In this document: positions 23,597 through 35,512 of the stretch, one piece after another
Layout: every line of letters starts with the position of its first letter
Position numbering within the stretch: position 1 is the first letter of the stretch
From: Spironucleus salmonicida
Taxonomy: Eukaryota
Reading direction: 5' to 3'
Assembly: GCF_000497125.1 (NCBI RefSeq)
Contig: NC_090599.1
Span: 620,001 to 684,000 of the forward strand
Length of the DNA stretch: 64,000 nt
The notes under the pieces: generated by a model
The model's database searches: none
Told to the model about the DNA's origin: nothing
What the model saw: the letters and a program-made list of their open reading frames with translations, nothing else
Program-made: the position numbers and the translations under genes

Positions 23597-25234
23597 ATGA
23601 GTGTCACATCGGACGCGATCAACATCATCCACAAGGGCAGCGGGGACGACGGCCTCCTGCCCGCCAAGCTACCACGGGAATCCTCTAAACCGTACCTAGC
23701 GTACCGCAAGTTCGTCGAGTTCTTCTTCCCACCCTCGGTATCGGACGGCGGTTGCTCGCGCCTGATCTCTATCGAGTTCACCCGCGGCATCGCCATCTTT
23801 ATCATGATAGTCGGTCACGAGGCCCTGACCTCACTGTCGCTGGAGGAGCGGACATCGCCAGTGCTGTGGCGCAAGCTGCTGTTCTACGCGCTTGTGACGC
23901 CCATCGGGGTGCTGACGGGGTGGCGGTCCATCTTCGTCCTGCTTTCGGGGATCGGGATGGGATACTCCTTCTTCCAGAAGATCACGTACCCGAACCCCCG
24001 CCATATGGTTGCGTAGACACTGCTCTCGCTGCTGGGGTGCGTGCTGCTGCTCCCGCTGTACTACGTGTACCACACGCTGCAGGTTCTATCCTACCAGGAC
24101 CCGCTCGGAGACTTCAAACTGGCCACACCCTTCTACACCAAGCTCGACACGCTGTCCCAGGCGCCCATCTTCTTCGGTCTCTCGCTGCCGCTCACGCTGC
24201 TCGTGTTGCTCGCGCTATACCTGTGCATCGGCTTCCCACTGCGCAAGCGCCTGTCGCAGGAGCGCATTCTGGTCGTTATCGCAGTGGTGTGCACCGTGAT
24301 TGCTTGCCTGCAGAACTTCCTCTTTTCCTACGTCTCTCTCGGGTTGCGCCACCTATTTTCCCGTACCTGGAAGTACGAGAACATCCCCGCTGCGGACTGG
24401 CCAATCGAGTGTCCCGCGAATAAGCTCAATCAGCAGACCTTATTCGGGGCGCACATCCAGTCCATCTTCATGCACTTCCTCGCCGGGGAGGTTATGCAGG
24501 TGAACCCGCTCTTCAGCTACTTCTTCGTTGGCTTCGCCTACGCCGCCATGCTCGTGCGCTTCAAGCTCATCAAGAAGCAGCTGCTCGACCGCGATGACCG
24601 TGAGGAGGCAGCCACCGCGTACCAGGCCGAGCGCCGCCGGTACATTATTATGGGCTGGGCCTACCCCGCGTTCTGGTTCCTCATCAGCGTGCTCGTTAGC
24701 GTACAGGCGCGCCAGGAACTCAAGTCCGGGCTCCGCAGCTACGTCTTCGACATCACCATGTTCCTTGCGAGCCAGCAGCCCACCGACTGGTGCCTGGTGC
24801 CTGAGTTTTCCTGCCCCACGCTGGTTGCGGAGATAGTGCTCCTGAACCTCGGCTTCTACCTCTTCGAATTCGGTACCAAGCCGGTGACCTACGTACGCAC
24901 GCAGCGTATCCTCTTCCTCCGTCGTTTTTCCTCGATGAGCTTCACCTACTTCGTGTTCTCGCGCTACCTCGGCAGACCAATGTACAGCATCCTACGCGTC
25001 AGCAAACTCAACTCGCTCACCACGCTGCAGTTCTACGGCTACATGGGCATCTACTTCTGTGTAACGCTCTGCATCCAGCTCGCGCTCGACACCATCTACT
25101 GCCGGCTTATGCCAGACTGGATCATCAAGCGGTGGTCAGACCTGTTCATGGTCAAGAAGAGCGCCCGCACCGAGCTCAGCGATAACCACCTCAACGTGCG
25201 GCCGGTAATCCTGTTCGGCAAGGTGCTAGAGTGA
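23597..25234 (+). CDS. HGSNAT/DUF1624-like membrane protein, 545 aa (copy B)
   Basis: Near-identical to 17005-18642. Confidence 0.8.
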
Positions 25235-25247
25235 GTCAGATACCAAC

Positions 25248-25515
25248 TCAGAAATACGCCCCGGGGCCAGGCGCCGTCTCCCTCGCCGGCTTCTTGTGCC
25301 GCTCCTGGATCAGCAGCGAACCCCCGCGCTTTTGCACGACCACGTTGTACTCCCCGGGTCCTACGGTAGGCTTAGGCTGCCGCTCCTGCATCTGGCTGAA
25401 CTTAGCGCTCACGTTCTGGAAGATGCGGTCCCGCGAGATCTCGTATTGGCCAGGGCCGGGCGCCGTGCCACGCTCCGGGGCGGCCTCCCGCTTCTGCCCG
25501 ATGTACCCGCCCTTC
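25248..25515 (-). pseudogene. 5'-truncated fragment of the SHIPPO-repeat gene
   Basis: Matches 18656-18923. Homology stops at 25515 and no in-frame ATG lies nearby upstream. Confidence 0.75.
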
Positions 25516-25705
25516 CAATGTATTACTAGGATTAGTTATTGATTTGGTAGAATAACACCTTGAGAGTAATTAAATTTTTTAATTACCCTATAGTAACTTA
25601 CAAAAAAGTATTAAAATATAATAAATACATGAATAAGTTTTTACGTTAGTTACAGATTTTTTACTTATTATAATTTTTTATATTATGAGGTCAATAAAAA
25701 TAAAA

Positions 25706-26068
25706 ATGTAAACATGTGTTTTGTTTACTAATTCGATCTTCAAAAAGTAGCAGTAAATAGTACCATTCGAAAGATAAAGAAATTAAGTCATAGTATATCT
25801 TAAGGAGAAACAATTAATAATTGATCTAAATAGTATTAACACAGCAATTATTCGTGACGGTTCTACTGAGAAAATATCAGATCGAAAGCAAAATATATCT
25901 GTTGAAATTAAAATAGATTAATCATTACCAATTTCATCGGAATTTTTAGATTCTCCACATTTAAATTTTACATTTCGACCATAAGGGAATAGAGAATACA
26001 CTTTACTTTCTAAAAGCTTAGGATCATGTTATTCGGGTAGTTTTTGCCTTGAAGATGGTTGGAAATGA
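25706..26068 (+). CDS. Hypothetical protein, 120 aa
   Basis: AAAAATG start, TGA-free frame ending CLEDGWK. Confidence 0.55.
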
Positions 26069-26146
26069 TCTTAGCCTAGTTAGTCTGAGGCTTTAAAAAG
26101 TGATATATAGTAGTATTATATATTAAATACTATCTTCGTTAATATA

Positions 26147-26635
26147 ATGGACATCTAACCGAAAACGGATCAACTTACTGAACTCGCTCTGTTAACGCTT
26201 TATGATTTCCCAAGAAAATTAGATACTTATCTATAGGTACTAACATATGCGTAATAACCCCCAGTTCCAAATGAACCAGCTCCACTAACATTTAATATGT
26301 CTATTCCCGTTGGAATAACCAACTAGATAAAGTTCGGCGATTAAGAAGTAATATATCCGCCAGAAGTATATAATTAAGGCCTTAATATTGAAAATGGAAA
26401 GGATAAATTTGAGCTCACCTTGGAGAGAAGTTAGATGATGGTTGATCGTATTTTTGAGGCTGTTGATAATATCGACTAATCAATTTTAGTATATCAAGAT
26501 TTTGACATAGATAATTTGAGGCAATAAGAAAAAGATGTAGAAAATGAACTTCAAAAGGAAATCGAAAATTTAAAGGTAGCAATATCAAAAGTAGATGGAA
26601 AAATGCGTTAGATGGAATTAGAGAAGTGGGGATGA
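26147..26635 (+). CDS. Helical/coiled-coil protein, 162 aa (weak Med21 resemblance)
   Basis: MDIQPKTDQLTEL...QPPVPNEP, with a C-terminal coiled coil. Confidence 0.65.
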
Positions 26636-26934
26636 ATTAAGAGTTTTTTCAGTTTCTAATTCTTTTATGAACTAAATATTTGATATAATAATATGAGTAA
26701 TTAAGTTGAAGTTTTTGTGGTTTTAAGCAATAAACGAAACTATTATATCATGAAAACAAATACTAGTGTCAATAATTAAGAAAAGTGTTTACAGTTTACT
26801 TAAATAGATATATTATGTATTTTAAGACTACTTTAAATTAATATACAATTTAAATTATTTTTACTGAAATAAAAATCAACCATATTATATTATATAAAAT
26901 TATAATATTAATATTAAACCACAAAGTATAGAAA

Positions 26935-27138
26935 ATGAAGTCAAGATGGTCAAGAATTTTATAGAAAAATAAAATGATCAAGGTCAAATCACAGGATATT
27001 ATTGCACACAAATTACAAGCAACTAATTACTCGTATTTTCAAGATAATAACGGCGAGGTTATAAAAGGTTACTACCATCCTCTTCATTTTGAAGCTGATT
27101 TTCTGGTAGAAGAAAGCGATATGATCCCAGCACAGTGA
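26935..27138 (+). CDS. Small hypothetical protein, 67 aa
   Basis: AAAATG start, ends CAG TGA. Confidence 0.45.
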
Positions 27139-27641
27139 ATATTTTATTGTTAGCAAAATTATTTTACTATTTCATGTAATATTTCCCCAAAATCTTGAGC
27201 TTCTAATATTAAATCTTTATATTAATTTTGAAATTAATATACAGTAATATACATTATAACATACTTATAATAACTGAAGAACCACTTTAAACTGAAGCGA
27301 ATTTGTAATGCTCTACAGAACTTTTACTCGCTCTGTCCAACGTCGTCAACATCAATATTATGCCTTAGAATTTGCCCTATTTCAGCCGTTTCGCAGTCAG
27401 TTTTTGACTCGTTTCCAGTGCTATCGTTGCATATTTGCGATATGACAAGCACTGTGAGACCTCAAAAACAAAAGCATTCTTAGTGTTTTCACATTGCATC
27501 TAATAAAGTATAAATCCGACCCAAGGCATTTCCACCTTTTCCTGCCAGAGCCTTCACCAAAACTTCTAAGAAAGTGTACAGTGTCGAACTGCAAATCTTA
27601 GTTGCTATATCATATAGGCTTTTTTCGGGAATCTGGAAAAA

Positions 27642-29201
27642 TCACCGCAGCTGCGGTATCAGTAGCGCCACGTAGATCACTACCGTCAGTAAAACTCCCC
27701 CGAAGATTCCAATCGTGGGATATAGTGCGCCCGCGGTGTCCTCGAACGAGACGTCGAGAATCTTAAAAAATTCGAAATTATTCGTCACGTACGTCAGCGT
27801 CATTGTGGACGATTTCGCCTTAGAGATGTAGGCCTTCTGGCGCTGGTAAAAGTCTCCCTCCGCGAGCGTGAAGTTCGAGGTTGTTAGTGCGTTAGCCCTG
27901 CCGAGTTCGAGCTTGTAAAACTGGCGTGGTTCGAATTTGAGCTCCTTCAGCATGGACTGGAAGGTGGTCCGGGATACAGTGGTTTCGTCTAGTTGCAACA
28001 CTTACTCCACGTAAATTGGCAGGCCCTTGGAGTATAATTTAGCGCACCTCTCCGTGTTGGTGGGAAATAAGACTACGCTTGTCTCGGAGCGGCTCACGAT
28101 GATATTCATGGCGGTAAAGCAGGAAATTATCACATCAACGAACACGCTTTCTTCATGAATAATTGTTTCGTCGTCGTAAATTACGAAGAAAAACTGCATT
28201 TGGAGATTATCTGGAAGTTACAAAATTGACATGTTTTGGTATGCGTGCTTAAAGGTTAGCGAAATTAGTTGGGCAAGGTTTTTTAGTTATTCTATAAGTT
28301 CTAACTGCTGCTGCTAAAATAAAATCTGGAGCTTGACATTGTACTTCTCGTCTTCATCCACTAGTGAATAAAAGTTTCCAATTACATCAAATTCATTGCT
28401 ATTTACTCCTGACTTAAGATTAATTTTCTCTAAAAATTTGTTATCGTCAGACTACGTTACTAGTACTTAGCTAACAATTTGCTTAATCAGCGTGGATCCC
28501 ACCGTGGTATAATGCATCTGCATGCGCAGTTAAAGGCTCCGGTCGATCGTAAACTGCTCGAAGAACATGTTAAACTCATTCTGCTGAGATTCGTTAAGCT
28601 GGTCTTTGAACACCTGATAGAACTTGGTGTCGAGATGGACATAGGGGAACTTGAAGCCACCGGGGCCCGTGCTGGTGTTTGCCTTGATTTCTATGCTGTG
28701 CCACTCGCCGCTGACGAGGTACTGGAATTCTAGCACCGGGTCCCGGATCGCGCAGAAGTTCGGCTGCACCTCCAGGCTGAGGTAGGCACCTGGCCCTACG
28801 CGCAGGTACTTGAGCTGGAGGTCCGACCAGCAGTTGGAGATGTTGGCCTGCGTGTTCTGGATGCGGTAAAAACTCCCAGGGAACTCCAGCTGCCCCGAGA
28901 TGTTGACCTTGTAGGCCAGCCTAGAGAGCAGGGCCATCGCCTGGAAGGTTGCGTTTGCCACGCTCTTCACCTCGACTGTGAGGTTCCTGTCTGAGTAGTA
29001 CTGGAACTCGGAGGTAATTTCCTTAACGGCCCCTGCGTCCAGATACTGCAGGTAAACCACCGCCTTCGAGTTGTTGAACGCCACGCACTTACTATCAATA
29101 CTGTATGCGGGTTAAAAATACACGTTAAACTACAATTGTTAGTTAATTCCCTCCAGCTCCGCGTACTGGTTAAAGCATGTCAACTATATTGCGAACAACA
29201 T
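27642..29201 (-). CDS. Type I membrane (surface) protein, 519 aa, paralog A
   Basis: Joins three track ORFs in one frame. N-terminal MLFAIQLTCF and C-terminal TM LYPTIGIFGGVLLTVVIYVALLIP. Confidence 0.85.
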
Positions 29202-29356
29202 TATGAAAAACTAGTTATGAAGTATATTATTTATACTTTAATTTGTAAATTGTTATTATTTTTCAAATTGTTATTTTCTTAATTTCTCTATAGTCTTTTT
29301 TATCTAACTGCATATTATATAATGATAATAATGAAGGGATGTACCTCGTAGTATAG

Positions 29357-29935
29357 ATGGATCTACTGGACTCCGAGCAGGGCTTCCTGGGGGCGGTGCG
29401 GTACGTGCGGGCGGAGGGCTCGACGGCGGATCCCTTTGTTCTTCGCGGTCGCGAGGCGATCAGTGCGATCCCGCGCCTGCAGGCGGTGTACGACGTGCGG
29501 GCGGCCCAGGAGCGCTTGGACGTGGGGGTTGGCCTGGACCGGCTCCTCGCTAGCGGGGACTGCGAGCCCGCGTTGCGCACGCAGGATGATGCGGTGGACT
29601 ACAGGAGGCGGCCGGGGGCGGCGCGGGCGAACTCAGTGGGGTGCTTCCCCGTGCAGATGGACCCCGACCACCTGACGCTGCATAAGCTGTACCACGAGGC
29701 AGTTCCGGGCAGCTAGTATACCGAGATCGGCGAGGCGACGACGCTGCTCGAGTCCGTAACGGAGGATGCCCTGCTGTCGCTGCAGCCGCAGTTTGGCCTG
29801 AAGCTGGCCGACGCCGTGCTGGTGGCTCTTTGCGCTATAAAGGAATTACGCAAGCTGCAGCGGGGGTTCCTCCGCGGGGAGGTGGGTATTATCGGTCAGA
29901 GCCGCACGTTGAACCGAATGACGAGCGGACACTGA
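29357..29935 (+). pseudogene. 5'-truncated duplicate of the 3' part of the 33261-35468 gene, with an open frame from a flank-derived ATG
   Basis: Matches the reverse complement of 33261-33833 from position 29363. In-frame ATGs at 29357 and 29339 lie in the unique flank. Confidence 0.65.
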
Positions 29936-30759
29936 GTGAATTTGAGTCACAAATCATATCACTAGTTTCTACAGGATATATTTCAGGTCGGCGATGTCCT
30001 TTTCAATCCCCTAGTTCATAATCAGCTTGAGCGAGTCAGTGCCAGGACGAAATTTGAAGTATGCATTTTTAAGCTGGACGATGCTGAACTTAGGTAATAA
30101 GCTTTGAACAAACTTCCAATCGTATCCGAACTCACGAATCGTATCTAGAAGAACCTCTATCTATTCATGAGACCAAATTTATTTTTTGCTCATTTTAATT
30201 GGTTTGTGTTCACACCTTATACTACCCTTAATTGGAAATTTTAGAGTTAAACAATTCCATATTGGGTTATAAAACCATATATCTATATATTTTGAGAAAC
30301 CAAGTAAAAACGAAATATAATGAGGATGATTATATATGATAATCTAACCCCAGTTTACAAACAAGATAATATCTTTAATTGCGTCAACATTTAAATAGAG
30401 AATTATTTTAGTTAGTAATATATTTAACCAGATTTTAAGTCACCGATGAAACATAAAATGAAGTATATAACTGCTAAATATTAGTCATTGGAAACTAAAT
30501 AAAATGAAAAGATAAAATCAGTTTTACTTTTGAAAATACTTTGGGTAATCATTTTCTTATAATTATTCTCGTTCGCCTTGTATAATCGGCAAATGCATAA
30601 TTACATTTAAATGGAATACTATTAATTCAATGAAAGAGTCGAACTTATAATACTTTCGTTTTACGATGACTTTATGGCAGATCTTTTCGGAGTTTAGACA
30701 CTTGATAAAGGGGGGGGGAAATAAGTAGGAGCTCATATCCTAGGTATCTAAGTATTCTA
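29363..30759. repeat. Inverted repeat IR1, left arm (pairs with 32436-33833)
   Basis: Near-perfect reverse complement over 1.4 kb. One indel seen, G9 versus C10 run. Confidence 0.95.
29954..30193 (-). CDS. Small single-repeat Myb/SANT protein, 79 aa (IR1 left copy)
   Basis: MSKKQIWSHEQIEVLLDTIREFGYDWKFVQSLLPKFSIVQLKNAYFK. Confidence 0.85.
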
Positions 30760-31337
30760 CATGCTCGAATTATTACTAAAAACTCTACTATAATAATTGA
30801 AAATTATTTATTTTGGTTTATATAAATAAAATAGTAACACCTATCTCATTTTATTACTAGTAATATAATTATTGAAATAGGGCTTGCAAATTAACTAGGT
30901 AATTACAAATATTCAATAATTAATTTATACCAATGGGTCTATATCAAAAATAGTTATTATCTAACAGAATTTAATTTTTGTAAAATAATTCATATTCAAT
31001 AAAATCACTATTGCTATTATGTAAATTAAGATTAGCTGGAGCTTTAATTATGATGATAATCTTAGTAAAACTGTATAAATTATAAAAATTGAATATATAC
31101 TTCTTCATTATTTATTTTTGATTACTTCATATATAGTCAGAGAGTAATGCATTTTTATAATTGATTATTAAAAGATTAGTTTAAAAGAATGTGTTTTTAT
31201 TTAAATGGAATAAAAATGGTCTATACGAAAAATTTATCAGTAAAAAGAAGGAAAAATATAAAAGTATACAATACTACAAACATATTCAACTTATTTATAA
31301 TATACTATATAAATAACGTTATACTATGGTAAATTGT

Positions 31338-31970
31338 TCAAAAATAAATACCATTCTTTCTTTATATTGTGATACATGACTTTTCTGTAAATTTTAACAT
31401 GTACTACTAAAGTAAATTAATAATCTATATGCGATTCTGAAACCACTCTAAACAAAATTTTTTATCTGTTTTAAATATCTAATAAATATATTATGTGTAA
31501 TTTTCATTATTTTTCGTTGATTTCTTGTTTAACATTATTTTAATTTTTTTAAAAATAACTTCATCAGTATTTACTAAGATACCTCCAGATTCAAAGCGAA
31601 CTTTTTAACGTTCTAGAGCTTTCTTTTTGATATAAAAATTACAAATAATATGGGTCAAATTAAGTTTATTGTTTTGATATATTAAGGATTGCTCTAATTT
31701 TAATTGGTCTTGTTCAAAGTAATTAGGTTAATTAAATTCCATTTATGATATATTTAAATTAATTTACTAAATTTGTTAAAGTTTATTAAGACTAGGTGTA
31801 ATACGTATTTATTTAAATCTCGTTGGTTATTTTTACTAAAATTAAGCAGGGGATATTACTCTAGGTACACTAGATACTAACGCTTTTGGCTTGGTTTAAA
31901 TTTGTGATATGAAGCTCTCTAATTAGTCTAAATTTGTTGGCAACCGTTTTGAACGCTTAATTGATGTCAT
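31338..31970 (-). CDS. Hypothetical protein in the IR1 spacer, 210 aa
   Basis: AAAT-context ATG start and a TGA-free frame. Very AT-rich. Confidence 0.55.
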
Positions 31971-32435
31971 TATAAAATGTGTTAAATTTATTAAATATTA
32001 TATTTGAAATAATATGTTATAAATTTATATTATTAATATTAAAATAAAAAATATATATTATTAATAATATATAATACTTTTAATTAAAATAATATATATA
32101 TAAGAAATATTGTGGAACTAAGAAATAAGGATGATAATAACCATTTTCAACCTTTTAATAGTAAACTGTGTTTATATCAGTTATTTGCACCAAATATCTA
32201 TAATAACTGAAAGTCATAGTTTTGTAAGAAATTGATTTATGTTATCTTATATAATTATATCCAAATAATCTACAATTTTTCGATATGTAATCCGTTAATA
32301 CATTTCGTTAAATGTTTAAATAAGAATATAAGTAAAGGTAAATTAATTACTCGTACTTTAATAGCAACGATAAATCTCTTTGTAGAAATATTGTCATGTA
32401 GTATAATATACATATGATAATATAATATTTAAATT

Positions 32436-33833
32436 TAGAATACTTAGATACCTAGGATATGAGCTCCTACTTATTTCCCCCCCCCCTTTATCAAGTGTCT
32501 AAACTCCGAAAAGATCTGCCATAAAGTCATCGTAAAACGAAAGTATTATAAGTTCGACTCTTTCATTGAATTAATAGTATTCCATTTAAATGTAATTATG
32601 CATTTGCCGATTATACAAGGCGAACGAGAATAATTATAAGAAAATGATTACCCAAAGTATTTTCAAAAGTAAAACTGATTTTATCTTTTCATTTTATTTA
32701 GTTTCCAATGACTAATATTTAGCAGTTATATACTTCATTTTATGTTTCATCGGTGACTTAAAATCTGGTTAAATATATTACTAACTAAAATAATTCTCTA
32801 TTTAAATGTTGACGCAATTAAAGATATTATCTTGTTTGTAAACTGGGGTTAGATTATCATATATAATCATCCTCATTATATTTCGTTTTTACTTGGTTTC
32901 TCAAAATATATAGATATATGGTTTTATAACCCAATATGGAATTGTTTAACTCTAAAATTTCCAATTAAGGGTAGTATAAGGTGTGAACACAAACCAATTA
33001 AAATGAGCAAAAAATAAATTTGGTCTCATGAATAGATAGAGGTTCTTCTAGATACGATTCGTGAGTTCGGATACGATTGGAAGTTTGTTCAAAGCTTATT
33101 ACCTAAGTTCAGCATCGTCCAGCTTAAAAATGCATACTTCAAATTTCGTCCTGGCACTGACTCGCTCAAGCTGATTATGAACTAGGGGATTGAAAAGGAC
33201 ATCGCCGACCTGAAATATATCCTGTAGAAACTAGTGATATGATTTGTGACTCAAATTCACTCAGTGTCCGCTCGTCATTCGGTTCAACGTGCGGCTCTGA
33301 CCGATAATACCCACCTCCCCGCGGAGGAACCCCCGCTGCAGCTTGCGTAATTCCTTTATAGCGCAAAGAGCCACCAGCACGGCGTCGGCCAGCTTCAGGC
33401 CAAACTGCGGCTGCAGCGACAGCAGGGCATCCTCCGTTACGGACTCGAGCAGCGTCGTCGCCTCGCCGATCTCGGTATACTAGCTGCCCGGAACTGCCTC
33501 GTGGTACAGCTTATGCAGCGTCAGGTGGTCGGGGTCCATCTGCACGGGGAAGCACCCCACTGAGTTCGCCCGCGCCGCCCCCGGCCGCCTCCTGTAGTCC
33601 ACCGCATCATCCTGCGTGCGCAACGCGGGCTCGCAGTCCCCGCTAGCGAGGAGCCGGTCCAGGCCAACCCCCACGTCCAAGCGCTCCTGGGCCGCCCGCA
33701 CGTCGTACACCGCCTGCAGGCGCGGGATCGCACTGATCGCCTCGCGACCGCGAAGAACAAAGGGATCCGCCGTCGAGCCCTCCGCCCGCACGTACCGCAC
33801 CGCCCCCAGGAAGCCCTGCTCGGAGTCCAGTAG
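32436..33833. repeat. Inverted repeat IR1, right arm
   Basis: Reverse complement of 29363-30759. Confidence 0.95.
33003..33242 (+). CDS. Small Myb/SANT protein, 79 aa (IR1 right copy)
   Basis: Same sequence as 29954-30193, with Myb W...W...Y spacing. Confidence 0.85.
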
Positions 33834-35468
33834 CGCAGCATGCCCGGTCGCCAGCAGACAGGCCTTCACACCCTGCACGAACTGCGCTAGCACAGGGCCA
33901 ACAGCGTCGACGTCGAACTGTTTCAGGTCTACAACGAGCTCCTGGACGTCTAGAACAGCATAAGCTGGCTCGAGGGCGCGCCCCAGCATCTTTTCGACGA
34001 AATTAACGAAATTCGCATGCCGCTGAACTACAAACTCAGGATAGAGGCACGCGGCGTAAAACTCGGCCGTCAGCGTCGCGAGGCGGCTGTCCACGACCTC
34101 CAACAGGTCCAGCGCGAAGCAGCCTGGGCGGATAGCGGCCAAAACGCCGGAAATCGCCTCTATCTCCTCGGGCGTCGCCTCGCACACCGCAGCCTCGCGC
34201 GCCAGGCGCTGCTCGCGCACGAAGTCGTCAACAGCAGCAGCATCCGCAGCCGCGTGCTCCCCGGCCGTGTTCTGCGCACTTTCGACCTCCGAAACGACGA
34301 AATTTACGCCGAAATCGAAGAGGATTTTCGTGAAAATCCGCGCAGCGAACGCGTAGCGGACGCAGTTCTTAACGCTGAACTGCAGCGCGAGCACGTGCAG
34401 CTGCTGCCCCAGAATCGCACGTTTCCGCAGGTGCCGCGCCTGCGCCGTCACGTACTCGAGGCACGTCCTGGCGTCGAAGAGCTGGAAGCGGTTCAGGGGC
34501 GCTGCCAGCGCGTCCGCGTAGCGCGCAGCATGGGAGGCGAGCTGGATGTGCGCGTCGTAGGAGCGGTATTTCGTGGCGCAGAGCTTGCACTCGCCGCCCT
34601 CGTCCGCGACGCCCTGGGCGTACTTTTCGTGCGCCTTCGCGGGCCGCAGCGCGGGCCTCTGGAGCTGCCGGAAGTCGCTGTCCAGGAGCTGCAGCAGCAG
34701 CTTTAGCTGCGCGCTGAGCGGCGCGATCCGCGCGGGCGCCGGGACGTGAAAATCGCCAACGCGAATCGCCGCGCGCAGCGGGCTGTTCAGATCGTGAAAA
34801 AGCGTGTTTGTTGGGTCGAGTTCATCGCCGGCGTCCAGGAGCGTTTCAGGCGCGAAAATGCTGAACTCCGGGCCCCTGAGCTCGAACTGCGCCAATCGGT
34901 CGATGTTGGCGCGCAGAAAATCGGCGATTCCGGCCCGTGGGAGCCGCGCGGGGTCGAGCTGCAGCTCCTGGAGCGTGTGCGGCCGCGCGGTGTCGAAATT
35001 TGGGAAGTTCTGCGACGTTTTGGTGTGCTGCTCGATGCTGCACGAAATCCAGCCTGCGAGAACGCGCACAACCGCGCCCAGGCGCTCTTCGTATACCTGG
35101 TAGAACTCCGCCTGCTCGACTGCGCGGGTCTGCGCGTGCAGCCCGGAGGGCGTGAGGCCCTGCGTGAGCCTGGCGCAGATCGGGCGGATTAGCAGCGCGG
35201 GCGAGGGCAGGAGGAGCTCGAATGAGGGCTCGAAAGATGGAATATTTAGGTAGAAAAGCGGGTGTGTGGGGTCGTCGCAGAGTGGGATGTGCGTCTGCAC
35301 GGGGCGATAGTAGCCGTTTTCGGTCTCGTGCGCATGCAGTAGGGGCGAGTCAGCTGGGGTGCTGTAGGCATGATTTTTGGTTATTTTGGGGTAGAAGAGC
35401 TTGCCGAAGTCCTACATCATGAGCTAGAACGCTGGTTCGTCCGGATCGCTGTTTTCACTTTTTTACAT
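33261..35468 (-). CDS. DBF4-type zinc-finger protein, 735 aa
   Basis: The track 606-aa ORF extends at both ends in table 6. Contains GECKLCATKYRSYDAHIQLASHAARYA (C-x2-C-x9-H-x5-H). Confidence 0.8.
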
Positions 35469-35512
35469 TCTCGTGGAGTGGAAAATTATATATTACTTAT
35501 ATATGTTATAAA

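Larger units (their letters stand above)
23595..25515. repeat. Direct segmental duplication, copy B
   Basis: Matches 17003-18923. Confidence 0.95.

Noticed and set aside
26066-26146. TGA at 26066 is in frame with the next gene (26147) with no second TGA: possible Sec readthrough fusion
   Set aside because: Context WK-U-S has no redox motif. The only ATGA...TGAG stretch after 26635 is AT-rich and pairs poorly. An AGTGA and an AT-rich spacer fit two separate genes.
29363-33833. Inverted repeats as terminal repeats of a DNA transposon
   Set aside because: The arms consist of host genes and gene fragments. No transposase-like ORF or target-site duplication was seen.
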